DNA from: Myxococcota bacterium
Lineage (GTDB): Bacteria > Myxococcota_A > Bradymonadia > UBA7976 > UBA1532
Direction: 5' to 3'
NCBI GenBank assembly: GCA_036337435.1
Contig: JAYZEG010000062.1
Coordinates: 1 to 64,000 of the forward strand
Length of the DNA: 64,000 bases
Part shown: positions 20,400 through 31,494 of the stretch, piece by piece
Numbering within the stretch: position 1 is the stretch's first letter
How the letters are laid out: every line of letters starts with the position of its first letter
Made by a program: the position numbers and the translations under genes
Notes under the pieces: model-generated
Database searches by the model: none
Seen by the model: only the letters and a program-made list of their open reading frames with translations
Told to the model about the DNA's origin: nothing

Positions 20400-20432
20400 A
20401 AAAAAAATCCCCGAATAGACATTCGGGGATTT
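20400..20432. terminator. Terminator between convergent ftsK and tRNA-Asp (U-tract on the - strand)
   Basis: A-run, then stem AAATCCCCGAAT-loop-ATTCGGGGATTT. Confidence 0.8.
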
Positions 20433-20437
20433 GAGAG

Positions 20438-20511
<74 letters not shown>

Positions 20512-20613
20512 ACACCGTAGCAGGATGTGGGTTGTATCAAGACAACCCACTCCGGTCAAAGATAAAATGAACGAAAGACCACGCCGTTCATCATCCACCC
20601 AAAGAGTGAAAAG

Positions 20614-20686
20614 TGGGCAGGACAGGGATCGAACCTGCGACATACGGTTTGTAAGACCGTCGCTCTACCAACTGAGCTACCCGCCC
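20614..20686 (-). tRNA. tRNA-Val(TAC)
   Basis: Reverse complement GGGCGGGTAGCTCAG...ACGGT-CTTACAA-ACCGT...CCTGCCCA. Confidence 0.96.
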
Positions 20687-20773
20687 ACAAGCAACACGCT
20701 GACTGGTCAGCGATCGCCTATTTAGCATTCTCTGCCACGAGTTGCCAATTAACTTATCGAAGAATAGCTAAAA

Positions 20774-23191
20774 TTATACTGTTGGCTGCGTTTTCTCTGG
20801 ATCCAGGGGAGGCCGAGCTGCCTCGTCCATTTTCTTAGCGACACGGCCTTTCCAAACGGATGCACCCGCCTCCAAGGCGATTTCCAAGACTTGATCGGCA
20901 TGAGACACAGGAATAATTGTCATACCCTTACGGACTCGATCCGGGATGTCCTTAATGTCTTTCTCGTTCTCTTCAGGGATAATCACCGTCGTGATCCCGC
21001 CCCGTTTAGCAGCAATGGTCTTCTCCCGCAGGCCTCCGATGGGCAGAACTCGTCCACGGAGTGTAATTTCACCTGTCATCGCCACATCGTGTTTCACCTT
21101 AATTGAACATAAGGCACTGACGAGCGCGGTCGCCATCGTAATGCCAGCTGACGGGCCGTCTTTAGGTATCGCACCTTCAGGAAAGTGCATGTGGATATCT
21201 TGGTTTTGGTAGAACTCTGGATCGAGTCCAAGGTCTGCAGCGCGACTGCGTACGTAACTCAAAGCAGCCCGTGCACTCTCTTGCATAACATCACCGAGCT
21301 GACCCGTAATGATCAACTTGCCCTTACCGGGCACAGTCGTACATTCCGTCTGTAATAAATTACCGCCCCAAGACGTATACGCAAGACCATTGACAAGACC
21401 AACTTCTGGCTCGCCATCGTTTACACCGTACTTGTAACGCGGTGGCCCGAGGTATTTCTGAATTCGACTCGGCGTAACTCGTAGTTTGAATTCGCTGACC
21501 GGTGTCTTCTTGATGCCATCGATGACATCCTTGGCAATTTTTCGACAGACCGAAGCGACTTCTCGATCCAAGCTACGGACACCGCTCTCACGGGTATATC
21601 TGTTTACCAAAAGAGAAAGTGCTGAGTCGGACCATTTAATCTGTGCGTCCGCGATGCCGTTCCGTTTTGTTTGCTTAGGCACAAGATGTTGTTTCGCGAT
21701 GCGAACCTTTTCGTACTCCGTGTAGCCGGACAAATCTATAATCTCGAGCCGGTCTTGCAATGGCAGCGGGATCTGGTGACGGTTATTTGCTGTCGTAATG
21801 AACATGACTTCAGACAAGTCATAATCCAGATCTAGGTAATGGTCGTTGAACGTCCCATTTTGTTCCGGGTCGAGTACCTCGAGCAGTGCCGATGATGGAT
21901 CACCGCGAAAGTCTGTGCTCATCTTGTCGATTTCGTCGAGCAGCATAATGGGATTGTTCGTGCCAGCTTTCTTCAAGCTCTGGATGATTTTCCCAGGCAT
22001 CGCCCCAATGTATGTTCGTCGATGGCCCCGAATTTCTGCTTCGTCGCGTACACCGCCTAGGCTCAAGCGAACGAACTTGCGACCCGTCGCACGCGCAATT
22101 GACTGGGCCAAGGAAGTTTTCCCGACGCCGGGTGGGCCAACCATGCAGAGAATCGGTCCCTCCAGCTTCTCAACCAACCCATGGACAGCGAGGTATTCCA
22201 GAATCCGCTCCTTCGGCTTCTTCAGGCCATAATGGTCCGCATTCAAAACCGACTCCGCATCCCCAAGGTCTTTGTTATCTTCGCTTTTTTCGGACCAAGG
22301 TATCGATAAGATCCAGTCGATATAATTTCTGACGACGGTTGCTTCAGCACTCATTGGGCTCATCATTTTGAGCTTCTTTAGCTCTTTGGCAACTTTCGTC
22401 TTTGCCTCATTGGACATCTCTTTTTTCTTGATGCGATCTTCGAGTTCTTCGAGTTCGTTCTTAAACTCGTCTCTTTCACCCAATTCCTTTTGAATCGCCT
22501 GCATTTGCTCATTGAGGTAATACTCTTTTTGATTCTTCTCCATCTGCTTCTTGACGCGAGAGCGAATCTTTTTCTCAACCTGAAGGATTTCGAGCTCTGA
22601 CCGCATGAGTTCAAACAACTTTTCCAAGCGGGCCACAGGGTCTTCGGTCTCTAGAATCGTTTGTTTGTCGTTCAATTTTAGATTGAGGTGAGCGACGATT
22701 GTGTCTGTGAGTTTCGCAGGGTCATCGATTTTCTCGACGGTCATCTGCATTTCGGGTGGTATCCGTTTGTTCAACTTGACGTAGGCTTCAAATGTTTCTC
22801 TGACCTGACGAAGAAGCGCATCGGCTTCCGCATTGTCTACATCGCTGGCCTCCAGCACTTCACACTCAACACGGAAAATGTCGTCCGTCTCCAGGTAGTC
22901 TAGAATTCGAGCTCGAGTCTTGCCCTCAATGAGAACCTTGACGGTGCCATCGGGCAATCTCAGCAACTGAATAATCGTACCGATGGTGCCCACCGTGAAG
23001 ATGTCGTCTGGTTTCGGATCATTTGTCTTGGCTAGCTTTTGCGCCGCGAGCAGCACGTCTTTTCCGCCCGACATCGCCTCTTCGAGGCTCTTGATTGATT
23101 TTTCTCGCCCCACGAAGAGCGGCACGACCATGTGCGGAAATACAATAATATCGCGGAGAGGAAGAAGTGGAATTGTACGCGTGTTTGACAT
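20774..23191 (-). CDS. lon: ATP-dependent protease La
   Basis: [27 protein letters not shown] catalytic Ser, GGLREK. Confidence 0.98.
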   Translation of the reverse strand: MSNTRTIPLLPLRDIIVFPHMVVPLFVGREKSIKSLEEAMSGGKDVLLAAQKLAKTNDPKPDDIFTVGTIGTIIQLLRLPDGTVKVLIEGKTRARILDYLETDDIFRVECEVLEASDVDNAEADALLRQVRETFEAYVKLNKRIPPEMQMTVEKIDDPAKLTDTIVAHLNLKLNDKQTILETEDPVARLEKLFELMRSELEILQVEKKIRSRVKKQMEKNQKEYYLNEQMQAIQKELGERDEFKNELEELEDRIKKKEMSNEAKTKVAKELKKLKMMSPMSAEATVVRNYIDWILSIPWSEKSEDNKDLGDAESVLNADHYGLKKPKERILEYLAVHGLVEKLEGPILCMVGPPGVGKTSLAQSIARATGRKFVRLSLGGVRDEAEIRGHRRTYIGAMPGKIIQSLKKAGTNNPIMLLDEIDKMSTDFRGDPSSALLEVLDPEQNGTFNDHYLDLDYDLSEVMFITTANNRHQIPLPLQDRLEIIDLSGYTEYEKVRIAKQHLVPKQTKRNGIADAQIKWSDSALSLLVNRYTRESGVRSLDREVASVCRKIAKDVIDGIKKTPVSEFKLRVTPSRIQKYLGPPRYKYGVNDGEPEVGLVNGLAYTSWGGNLLQTECTTVPGKGKLIITGQLGDVMQESARAALSYVRSRAADLGLDPEFYQNQDIHMHFPEGAIPKDGPSAGITMATALVSALCSIKVKHDVAMTGEITLRGRVLPIGGLREKTIAAKRGGITTVIIPEENEKDIKDIPDRVRKGMTIIPVSHADQVLEIALEAGASVWKGRVAKKMDEAARPPLDPEKTQPTV

Positions 23192-23328
23192 TTTTGCCCG
23201 TTACCTCTTGGACTCGTTTTGAGTCGTTATTGGCCCTGAACTGTGACTCAGGCCGTATCTATGTCCGGTGCTAGACAGAGTGCTGAAGAAGCGAGACGGT
23301 AGACGGCTGGAGCACCGTCCCACATGGC

Positions 23329-24582
23329 TCACGCTAATTTTGCATCGTCCTCGTAGAGAACGAGAGGCTTCTCCTTATTGAGGATGACCTCTTCATTGAT
23401 AATGACCTCGGTCACACTGTCTTCGCTTGGGATTTCGTACATGATTTCAAGCATAGCTGTCTCGAGGATTGACCGTAGACCTCGCGCTCCTGCCTTATGC
23501 CTTAAGGCTTGTTGCGCAATGGCTGTCAGGGCTTCAGGCGTGAACTTAAGCTGCACATCATCCATGTCGAACAGCCGCTTGTACTGCTTCACGAGCGCAT
23601 TCTTAGGTTCAGTCAAAATCCGAACCAACGCTTCAGCCGTCAACTCATCAAGTGTTGCCACAACCGGCAGGCGCCCGATAAATTCTGGAATGAGTCCGTA
23701 TTTAATCAGGTCCTCAGGTTGCGTATCTGCCAGTAGCTCTCCAATCTTTTTCTTCTCTTTGCTCTGTATCTCAGCACCAAATCCCATACTGGATTTGCCG
23801 AGCCTCTTATCGATGACCTCGTCTAATCCAGAGAATGCTCCTCCACAGATAAACAAGATATTGGTTGTGTCAACCTGTAGGAACTCCTGTTGGGGATGTT
23901 TTCTGCCACCCTTGGGTGGCACACTGGCTGTGGTTCCTTCGACAATCTTGAGAAGAGCTTGCTGTACACCCTCGCCGCTGACATCACGCGTTATTGACGC
24001 GTTGTCACTTTTTCGACTGATTTTGTCGATTTCGTCTATGTAAATGATACCGCGTTGTGCCTTGTCGACATCATGGTCGGCCGCTTGGAGCAAGTTGACG
24101 ATAATGTTTTCAACATCTTCGCCTACGTAGCCAGCTTCCGTCAGATTGGTTGCATCCGCTATGCAAAATGGCACGTTTAATATCTTAGCGAGGGTCTGGG
24201 CAAGGAGCGTCTTGCCGCTGCCTGTCGGCCCGATCAGAAGAATGTTGCTTTTTTGAAGTTCAACATCCTCTCGACCGAGTCGGGTTTCGATCCGTTTGTA
24301 GTGATTATGAACAGCGACGGCCAACACTTTTTTGGCCTTCTCTTGCCCAATTACATACTCATCTAGAACCTGCGTAATTTCGCTGGGCTTAGGAACATTG
24401 AGGCCCGAAGACCCTCCCTCCCCCGACTCTAATTCATCGGCAATGATATCGTTACAAAGGCCGATACACTCGTCGCAGATGTAAACACTTGGGCCGGCGA
24501 TCAGCTTTCGAACCTCTCTTTGCGACTTTCCGCAGAAAGAACAACTTAGATTGCTTTTAGAATCGCCTGAATTTTGACTCAT
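23329..24582 (-). CDS. clpX: Clp protease ATP-binding subunit ClpX
   Basis: CSFCGK...ICDEC zinc-binding domain, [16 protein letters not shown]. Confidence 0.98.
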   Translation of the reverse strand: MSQNSGDSKSNLSCSFCGKSQREVRKLIAGPSVYICDECIGLCNDIIADELESGEGGSSGLNVPKPSEITQVLDEYVIGQEKAKKVLAVAVHNHYKRIETRLGREDVELQKSNILLIGPTGSGKTLLAQTLAKILNVPFCIADATNLTEAGYVGEDVENIIVNLLQAADHDVDKAQRGIIYIDEIDKISRKSDNASITRDVSGEGVQQALLKIVEGTTASVPPKGGRKHPQQEFLQVDTTNILFICGGAFSGLDEVIDKRLGKSSMGFGAEIQSKEKKKIGELLADTQPEDLIKYGLIPEFIGRLPVVATLDELTAEALVRILTEPKNALVKQYKRLFDMDDVQLKFTPEALTAIAQQALRHKAGARGLRSILETAMLEIMYEIPSEDSVTEVIINEEVILNKEKPLVLYEDDAKLA

Positions 24583-24598
24583 TGACGCGTCCTATCAA

Positions 24599-25234
24599 CT
24601 ACAGTTCGCTCTTCTCACGGCTCATAACCTTGTCTACAAGGCCGTATTCCATTGCTTCCATGGCGGTCATGTATCGGTCCCGGTCGGTGTCGAGCGCAAT
24701 CTGCTCTAGCGGTTGGCCAGTATTCGAGGCCAAGATATTGTTCAGCAAGTCACGTAAACGCAAGATTTCTTTTGCTTGAATCTCGATGTCACTGGCCTGA
24801 CCTTGTGCCCCACCCAATGGCTGGTGCACCATGATTCGCGCATGAGGCAGCGCAAAACGTCGTCCTTTGTCGCCGCTGGACAATAAAAACGCACCCATGC
24901 TCGCAGCTTGGCCGATACAAATCGTACTCACAGGACATTTGACGTGATGCATTGTGTCATAAATTGCCATGCCGCTCGTGATCACGCCGCCCGGAGAGTT
25001 TATGTAAATGGAGATCTCCTTGTCAGGATCTTCACTCTCCAAATATAGCAACTGGGCTATCACGATGTTTGCGACACGGTCATCAATCGGCGTTCCGAGA
25101 AAAATAATTCTATCTTTCAGCAACCGACTAAAAATATCCCATCCTCGTTCACCACGATGTGTTTGCTCAACAACAGTGGGGATTAGGTTTGTGGGAACAA
25201 ATTCGAACCAATCAGGTGAGGCCATCTTGTGCAC
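24599..25234 (-). CDS. clpP: Clp protease proteolytic subunit
   Basis: [32 protein letters not shown]. Confidence 0.97.
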   Translation of the reverse strand: MHKMASPDWFEFVPTNLIPTVVEQTHRGERGWDIFSRLLKDRIIFLGTPIDDRVANIVIAQLLYLESEDPDKEISIYINSPGGVITSGMAIYDTMHHVKCPVSTICIGQAASMGAFLLSSGDKGRRFALPHARIMVHQPLGGAQGQASDIEIQAKEILRLRDLLNNILASNTGQPLEQIALDTDRDRYMTAMEAMEYGLVDKVMSREKSEL

Positions 25235-25275
25235 CTTTATTCTACTTTTAACGTTTCAGAGACCACAAAACGGCC

Positions 25276-26592
25276 TCAGGTTTCAGATTCACGACCGGGT
25301 ATGTCACGATCCGCAGTTGTCACGTTAGCTTGGGTCAGCAGAAAATCAAGCACCTTGTCGTGTCTTATTCGTCTCGTCAGCTCAGCGCGATGCTCAGGAT
25401 TGCGGTACATCTGCATAATTTGTTGCGCATATGGCCCCATGGTCATCATCATTTTTTGGAATTCTTCGCGCATGTCCTCTTCGGAGACGTCGATTTTTTC
25501 TGCCCGTGCAACTGCATCAATAACCAGGTAGGCACGAATGTCCTGACGGACTTTATCCTCCTCATCCCCAATTCGGTTGTTCACATCTGCCTGAGCTTCT
25601 TCAGCCGACTGACCGTTTCTCATGGCGTCTTGGATCATTGATTTCCGGTGGTCTTCAAGACTCGATTTAAACAAGGACGGGGGTACGTCAAACTGATATT
25701 CTTCGCCCAGCCGATCGCGGAGTTTATCTCTCGCATCGCTTATCGCCTTAGAATTATATCGGTCCTCAATCTCCGTTTTGAGCTTTGCCCTCAGGGCATC
25801 TAAGTCCGCTTCGCCCATTTTTTCAGCCAGTTCTGGTCCGATAGCCACTGGAACTTTTGCTTTGAGTTCTTTCAGGGTACACGCAAATACAGCCGCTTGG
25901 CCTTTCAGATTTTCTGCGTGATAGTCATCAGGAAAAGCAACATGAACATCGAAAGAATCACCGACGGTTTTGCCGACAATTTGTTCCTCGAAGCCTGGAA
26001 TAAACTGCCCAGAGCCAAGAACCAATGGTGCATCAGTGGCGGTGCCACCAGCAAATGCTTCCCCGTCAATGCTACCCGCGTAATCGATAATGGCCTGGTC
26101 ACCATCTTCGGCTATCGAGCGGTCTTCGATGGCTTCAAACTCGCTGACATGCTCGGCCAGTTGCTCAAGTTCGTTGTCAACGACCTCATCGGATGCCGTC
26201 CAGTTCTCTCGCTCGATGTCGATTTTGTCGAAAGAATCCAGTTCGATGGTCGGTGCTACGTCAAAAGACATTGAAAACTTGTAGGATTGCCCTGCCTTAA
26301 CAGGTTCAACAGCACCCAATTCCGGCTCACTGAGCGGGATTACATCGTGTTCGTTCAAAAGTTCCCGCCACCCCGCATCTACAAGTTTCTCGGTCACGGT
26401 AAACTTCGCTTGATTCCCATAGAGCTTGCGAACATGGCTCAACGGCACTTTACCTTTTCGAAATCCAGGCAGTGATGCTTTTTGCGCAAGCTGGTTGTAG
26501 ACAGCAGCAAATGTGGAATCAACACGCTTTGCGGGGACTTCGATGTTCACCTGCTTGCGAACTGAACTTTTTTCTAGAATTTCGAATTGCAT
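25276..26592 (-). CDS. tig: Trigger factor
   Basis: PGFRKGKVP ribosome-binding loop and FKBP domain (GSGQFIPGFEEQ); GGAGGGAG RBS. Confidence 0.96.
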   Translation of the reverse strand: MQFEILEKSSVRKQVNIEVPAKRVDSTFAAVYNQLAQKASLPGFRKGKVPLSHVRKLYGNQAKFTVTEKLVDAGWRELLNEHDVIPLSEPELGAVEPVKAGQSYKFSMSFDVAPTIELDSFDKIDIERENWTASDEVVDNELEQLAEHVSEFEAIEDRSIAEDGDQAIIDYAGSIDGEAFAGGTATDAPLVLGSGQFIPGFEEQIVGKTVGDSFDVHVAFPDDYHAENLKGQAAVFACTLKELKAKVPVAIGPELAEKMGEADLDALRAKLKTEIEDRYNSKAISDARDKLRDRLGEEYQFDVPPSLFKSSLEDHRKSMIQDAMRNGQSAEEAQADVNNRIGDEEDKVRQDIRAYLVIDAVARAEKIDVSEEDMREEFQKMMMTMGPYAQQIMQMYRNPEHRAELTRRIRHDKVLDFLLTQANVTTADRDIPGRESET

Positions 26593-26731
26593 GATGCTCC
26601 CTCCCACACGCCTCAATAGGCGGGGAAACAACTAGGCCTCTTGTTAACTGTACTCGTGTATTTTCTGCGCCAGAAATGTGGACTTCGATGAAAGTACCGC
26701 TCGGTTTTTACGTCGTGTTTGAGAAGAAAAG

Positions 26732-26813
26732 TACGAGGAGGGGGAGTCGAACCCCCACGGGTTTCCCCGCTGGAACCTAAATCCAGTGCGTCTGCCAATT
26801 CCGCCATCCTCGC
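26732..26813 (-). tRNA. tRNA-Leu(TAG)
   Basis: Reverse complement GCGAGGATGGCGGAATTGGCAGACGC...CTGGA-TTTAGGT-TCCAG with a variable arm. Confidence 0.96.
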
Positions 26814-26994
26814 TTATCGATACCTGATTTTGTGCTAGCCATCGTGCCCAAGTCGGCTTTTCAAAAATCAAAAGGTCTTCGACCAAAACAGGGTGATTTT
26901 GCCACAAAAGCGGCTTTTCTGCGTGAGCCGAGATACAAATCCGAGGGCATCAGTGCCCCCGGATTTGATTCTTTTCAACCTCGAGTGTTGACAG

Positions 26995-27067
26995 TGGGCC
27001 ATGAAGGAATCGAACCTTCAACCTGCGGATTAAGAGTCCGTTGCTCTGCCAATTGAGCTAATGGCCC
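26995..27067 (-). tRNA. tRNA-Lys(CTT)
   Basis: Reverse complement GGGCCATTAGCTCAA...CGGA-CTCTTAA-TCCG...ATGGCCCA. Confidence 0.95.
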
Positions 27068-27073
27068 AAGTTG

Positions 27074-27147
<74 letters not shown>

Positions 27148-27173
27148 AAATCCACTCGGGAAAAAAAGAAAGA

Positions 27174-27250
27174 TGGGGAGGATGACGGGGCTTGAACCCG
27201 CGACATTCGGTACCACAAACCGACGCTCTACCGACTGAGCTACATCCTCC
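27174..27250 (-). tRNA. tRNA-His(GTG)
   Basis: Anticodon arm TCGGT-TTGTGGT-ACCGA, encoded G-1/C73 pair and CCA. Confidence 0.96.
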
Positions 27251-27255
27251 GTTTG

Positions 27256-27329
27256 CACGCCTGAGTGGACTCGAACCACTGACCAACGGCTTAGAAGGCC
27301 GTTGCTCTATCCAACTGAGCTACAGGCGC
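27256..27329 (-). tRNA. tRNA-Arg(TCT)
   Basis: Anticodon arm ACGGC-CTTCTAA-GCCGT. Confidence 0.96.
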
Positions 27330-27411
27330 TCAGACTATCCACCCCGGAAAGTGGCATCATCATACTCACTATACCGTTCGGCTTTCAAAGAACCACTTCG
27401 CATTCCAAAAA

Positions 27412-27488
<77 letters not shown>

Positions 27489-27512
27489 CCATGGATGATC
27501 CGAAGACGCAGG

Positions 27513-27541
27513 AACCTAACGGTGAGTTGTCCAACCGTCAA
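27513..27541 (-). promoter_or_regulatory. sigma70 promoter of the tRNA-Pro/Arg/His/Arg/Lys operon
   Basis: TTGACG-N17-TAGGTT on the - strand, 25 nt before tRNA-Pro. Confidence 0.65.
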
Positions 27542-27596
27542 TGAAAAAGTGCGTTTAAGTGACAGAACCTCGCCGCTTAACCCCAGATCCCCCTGA

Positions 27597-28208
27597 TTAT
27601 ACCCCGATAACTGACTTGAGTGCATCAATTATCTGTTGAGTTGCTTGACCACGGTGGCTGATGGCATGTTTTTCATAGGCTGAGAGCTGAGCCATGGTTC
27701 TTCCATCGCTTACGGTAAAAATTGGATCATAACCAAATCCGTTTTCGCCGTTTGGTTCGCGGGCGATCTCTCCGTAGCAGTATCCAACAGAGACCCAACA
27801 TCCGTCTCGAAACATCAAAGGCATTGTCAGATCGTCTTGCGGCAATCCAGCAATGGCAATTGCACATGCGAATCGAGCCGTTCGATTGGGCTGGTTTTCC
27901 ATTTCGCTCAGGAGCTTCAAGTACCGATCACGGTCCGTTCCATCAGCATAACGGGCACTCAAAACACCGGGCCTTTGGCCGAGAGCCTCGACCTCCAAGC
28001 CGCTGTCGTCTGCCAGTGCAGCTAGACCTGTATGTAGATGGACGGCCTGGGCCTTCAAGATGGCATTTCCAATGAAGTCAGGCGCGCTCTCAACAACGGG
28101 TTCCATGGGAGGAAATTCGGACATTGAAGCCAAATTGATGCCGGGTAGCAGAGAACGATATTCGTCGAGTTTGTGGGCGTTTCCAGTCGCAACGACAAGG
28201 GTCTTCAT
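27597..28208 (-). CDS. rdgB: Non-canonical purine NTP pyrophosphatase (RdgB/Ham1)
   Basis: ATGNAHK, ADDSGLEV, GFGYDPIF, KHAISHRG. Confidence 0.95.
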   Translation of the reverse strand: MKTLVVATGNAHKLDEYRSLLPGINLASMSEFPPMEPVVESAPDFIGNAILKAQAVHLHTGLAALADDSGLEVEALGQRPGVLSARYADGTDRDRYLKLLSEMENQPNRTARFACAIAIAGLPQDDLTMPLMFRDGCWVSVGYCYGEIAREPNGENGFGYDPIFTVSDGRTMAQLSAYEKHAISHRGQATQQIIDALKSVIGV

Positions 28209-28930
28209 AGACAGTCCAGTGCCGCCAAGGCCTGCTCTTGCGCAGCGATCAGGCGAGTCGCTGCCTCGTTTGCGTGCTGAAGCATTTCGTTGAGTTGATG
28301 GTGGGTGAAAGGCTGGCGTTCCGCAGTACCCTGAATCTCGATCATGCCAGCTGGACTTGCAATAAAGTTAAGGTCCACATCAGCACCGCTGTCTTCCAGG
28401 TAGCAAAGATCTGTTCTGACTGTTCCGTCCACGACACCAACGCTGACACCGACGACGGAGGGCGGTCTGATAAACTGTTTGTTATCTATTTTGCTGATCA
28501 TCTTCAAGGCTTGGCATGCCGCGATGTATGCGCCAGTTACCGATGCACAACGAGTTCCTCCATCAGCGTTTAAAACATCACAATCGATTCGAATGGTCCT
28601 TGCTCCTAAAGTATCGAGATCAAAAACAGCCCTCAGACTGCGTCCGATTAACCGCTGAATCTCCGCAGTCCGGCCGCCCACACCATTTCGGTCGCGTCGA
28701 ATTCTGGAATCGCCGGATGCAGGTAACATCGCATACTCGGCCGTAAGCCATCCACCGCCAGAATCATAACGGTGTGGTGGCACGCGATCTTCGACAGAGG
28801 CGGCGCAAATCACATGTGTGTTGCCCCAACGGATGAGAACGCTACCCGCGGCTTGCGGTTGTATGTTTCCTTCGAATGAAATCTCTCTGAGTTGGTCCAT
28901 AGTTCGACCATCTGGACGTGTCACTTTCAT
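28205..28930 (-). CDS. rph: Ribonuclease PH
   Basis: RPDGR, GWLTAEYAMLP, EIQRLIGRSLR, ADGGTRCAS, EIQGTAE. Confidence 0.97.
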   Translation of the reverse strand: MKVTRPDGRTMDQLREISFEGNIQPQAAGSVLIRWGNTHVICAASVEDRVPPHRYDSGGGWLTAEYAMLPASGDSRIRRDRNGVGGRTAEIQRLIGRSLRAVFDLDTLGARTIRIDCDVLNADGGTRCASVTGAYIAACQALKMISKIDNKQFIRPPSVVGVSVGVVDGTVRTDLCYLEDSGADVDLNFIASPAGMIEIQGTAERQPFTHHQLNEMLQHANEAATRLIAAQEQALAALDCL

Positions 28931-29700
28931 TTATCCTTTCCCTGATTTCGGCTGAAGTGGATAAGCTCTCCGTAATCTAGAATCGCCAATGAAATGGCTT
29001 TCGCAATCTCTTCGAGGCCATCATCGCTTGTGATGTAAAGACCCTCTTTTGCGTGGTTGAGAAACCCTATTTCGCAAACCACTGCGGGCATTGATGTTCC
29101 CTTCAGAACACCAAATGGAGCCTGTTTGACTCCTCGGTCGGGAAATGGGGAGGTCATTCGCATTCGAGCTTGGATGATCTCAGCCAAACGTCTCGAGTCT
29201 TGCTGCGCGCGGTGGCGGGTCAAGTCCAGCAGAATATTTCCCACATGTTCGTCTTTTGGCACCTCTGCCAGCCGAGTTTTCAGAGTTTTCGACTCGCGAT
29301 TTTCGAATTCCACCAGTTTTCGAGTCGCTTCATCTGCTGCTTCTTGTGCCAAGAAGAATGTTGCATGCCCTTGCGGACCAGGTTTTTCCGTCGAGTTCAG
29401 ATGAAGACTGATAAACACGTCGGCGTTTGTACGATTGGCCATCAACACCCGCTCTTTGAGTCCGAGTTCAACGTCCTTTTCGCGGGTGAGTAGGACCGAA
29501 ACATTTTCGGACCGAAGCGAATTCCTGATCATATGTGCGAGTTTCAAGGCGTATTTTTTTTCAAAAGTGCCCGGTCTCATCAGGGCGGGGGCTCCCTTGT
29601 TCTCGTCACCGCCGTGACCCGGATCTAGCATGACGGTCAATGGACGGGCAGACGCTTGCCCGATTAAAAGTCCGATTATAACGAGGTAGGGTCGCATCAT
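28927..29700 (-). CDS. N-acetylmuramoyl-L-alanine amidase (Amidase_3, AmiA/C-like)
   Basis: Signal peptide, LDPGHGG, EK, FISLHLN, PAVVCEIGFL. Confidence 0.92.
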   Translation of the reverse strand: MMRPYLVIIGLLIGQASARPLTVMLDPGHGGDENKGAPALMRPGTFEKKYALKLAHMIRNSLRSENVSVLLTREKDVELGLKERVLMANRTNADVFISLHLNSTEKPGPQGHATFFLAQEAADEATRKLVEFENRESKTLKTRLAEVPKDEHVGNILLDLTRHRAQQDSRRLAEIIQARMRMTSPFPDRGVKQAPFGVLKGTSMPAVVCEIGFLNHAKEGLYITSDDGLEEIAKAISLAILDYGELIHFSRNQGKDK

Positions 29701-29736
29701 GCTCGTACCCGAAGTTAGGGCTCCGACAAGCCGATC

Positions 29737-29812
29737 TGGAGCCGACAATCGGACTTGAACCGATGACCTGCTCGTTACGAATGAGCTGCTCTACCAACTG
29801 AGCTATGCCGGC
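29737..29812 (-). tRNA. tRNA-Thr(CGT)
   Basis: Reverse complement GCCGGCATAGCTCAG...TTCGTAA...GTCGGCTCCA. Confidence 0.95.
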
Positions 29813-29836
29813 ATAATCAGCTTGTCGAAGAAGGGC

Positions 29837-29865
29837 AACCTAGCGAAGGATTACAGCACTGTCAA
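29837..29865 (-). promoter_or_regulatory. sigma70 promoter for tRNA-Thr and amidase-rph-rdgB
   Basis: TTGACA-N17-TAGGTT on the - strand. Confidence 0.7.
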
Positions 29866-29884
29866 ACATCAACACGGACCTGTC

Positions 29885-31342
29885 TCATTCTGACTGATTG
29901 ATCTCATATTTCTTCATGAGTCTGTAGACATGGCGTCGGTCGATACCGGCTTCTCGAGCGACCCTGCTGATGTTCATGTTGTGACGTTCTAGCAAACTGA
30001 ACAGGTAATCTTTTTCAAAATGAGCAATCATTCGCTCTTTTGCTTCCTTTAGGCCTGTTCCGGGCGGAAGTGCTTTTACGCCTGGGGCATTCGAATCAAT
30101 CGGCGTTCTTCCCAGTCTCGCTTGCAGGTCATTAGGCAAATCGCCCACACTCACATAATCTCCTTCACAGAATGTAATCGAGCGTTCGACGACATTACGA
30201 AGCTCTCTAATATTTCCCGGCCAATTATACTGACTCATCAACGTAAGGGCGTCTTCTGAAAACCCTTTGACGTTAGCCAGGTGCGGCTGACCTGATTTGA
30301 TTTGTTCGAGAAAGTGCAGTGCGAGACGGCCCAAATCGTCCGGTCGTTCCCTCAACGGGGGCAAAGTCATGGTTACTTTAGCCATTCGGTAAAATAAGTC
30401 CTGGCGAAATGAGCCATCGTCAACCATGCCCAGCAAGTTTCGGTTGGTTGCAGCGACGACGCGAACGTCTGTTTTAATGGTTCGTTCCCCTCCGACTCGC
30501 CTAATCTCTCCGCTTTCGAGGGCCCTCAAAAACTTGGGTTGAAGATTCGTCGGCATTTCGCCGAGCTCGTCGAAGAAGACAGTCCCACCTTCAGCCCGCT
30601 CAAAAACGCCGCGGTGGGTCCTGATAGCCCCTGAGAACGCCCCCTTTTCATGACCAAACAATTCCGACTCGAGTAAGTTCTCTGGAAAGGCCGAACAATC
30701 GAAAATAACGAGCGGGCCTTTGCTTCTTCGAGAATTGGCATGTATGGCTCTCGCGGCAAGCTCTTTGCCAGTACCGGTTTCACCCTCGATGACGACAGAT
30801 AACTCGCTGGGAGCAATTTTGTCGATCAGACCGTAGACATCATGCATTCGAGCTGAAGCTCCAACCATCTCTCCGTATTGGTGATGGTTGATCGGATAAA
30901 TTTTCACCTCTTCGACCATCGGCATGAATCGAACCAGCGAATTGCCAATAAGGATCTCACAATTGGCATACAGTATGGCTTCTCTTACCTTTAATTTACC
31001 GATAAACGAACCGTTGGTGGATTGCTTGTCAACAAACAGATATTCACCGTTTACTTGTCTAATTTCGCAGTGAAAGCGACTGACTGTGTCATCATCAAGA
31101 ACGAAATCGTTACGTTCATTCGCACCGATTCGAACAATTGACTTCTGGACAGCAAGTTCTTTCCCTTTATCGTTGCCGTCTACAACCACCAGCTTACATG
31201 TTTCAATGGTTAACAAATCGGTCATCACACCCAAACTCACTTCTAGAGTCTCCGGCTCCGCATCCTGGAATTTTCCCTTTGGACCCTTGTGGTTAAGCGT
31301 TGGGGCAAATCCCTGATTGTCATCAATTGAATTAGATGCCAT
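29885..31342 (-). CDS. FHA-domain sigma54-dependent enhancer-binding protein (FHA-AAA+-Fis HTH)
   Basis: FHA (VSRFH, STNGS), GETGTGKE, ESELFGHEKGAFSGA, WPGNIRELRN, C-terminal HTH. Confidence 0.93.
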   Translation of the reverse strand: MASNSIDDNQGFAPTLNHKGPKGKFQDAEPETLEVSLGVMTDLLTIETCKLVVVDGNDKGKELAVQKSIVRIGANERNDFVLDDDTVSRFHCEIRQVNGEYLFVDKQSTNGSFIGKLKVREAILYANCEILIGNSLVRFMPMVEEVKIYPINHHQYGEMVGASARMHDVYGLIDKIAPSELSVVIEGETGTGKELAARAIHANSRRSKGPLVIFDCSAFPENLLESELFGHEKGAFSGAIRTHRGVFERAEGGTVFFDELGEMPTNLQPKFLRALESGEIRRVGGERTIKTDVRVVAATNRNLLGMVDDGSFRQDLFYRMAKVTMTLPPLRERPDDLGRLALHFLEQIKSGQPHLANVKGFSEDALTLMSQYNWPGNIRELRNVVERSITFCEGDYVSVGDLPNDLQARLGRTPIDSNAPGVKALPPGTGLKEAKERMIAHFEKDYLFSLLERHNMNISRVAREAGIDRRHVYRLMKKYEINQSE

Positions 31343-31375
31343 TTTGGAACTCCATACCGGTGTGACATTTTAAGC

Positions 31376-31414
31376 ACTTTATCTCTTTGAGGATGGTGTG
31401 TCAATCATGACACA
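31376..31414 (-). promoter_or_regulatory. sigma70 promoter of the bEBP gene overlapped by a palindromic operator
   Basis: TTGACA(31404-31399)-N17-TAAAGT; TGTGTCA-ATCA-TGACACA at 31397-31414. Confidence 0.6.
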
Positions 31415-31494
31415 GTCCGGTTTTTTTAGGCCGTCATGAATGTGTCGGCCTGCTTGTCGTCGGCATTTTGGAATAGATCGATTAGGAAAATCTC

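Noticed and set aside
26826..26852. Possible sigma54 promoter GGCACGATGGCTAGC upstream of tRNA-Leu (- strand)
   Set aside because: The GG-to-GC spacing is 11 nt rather than the strict 10.
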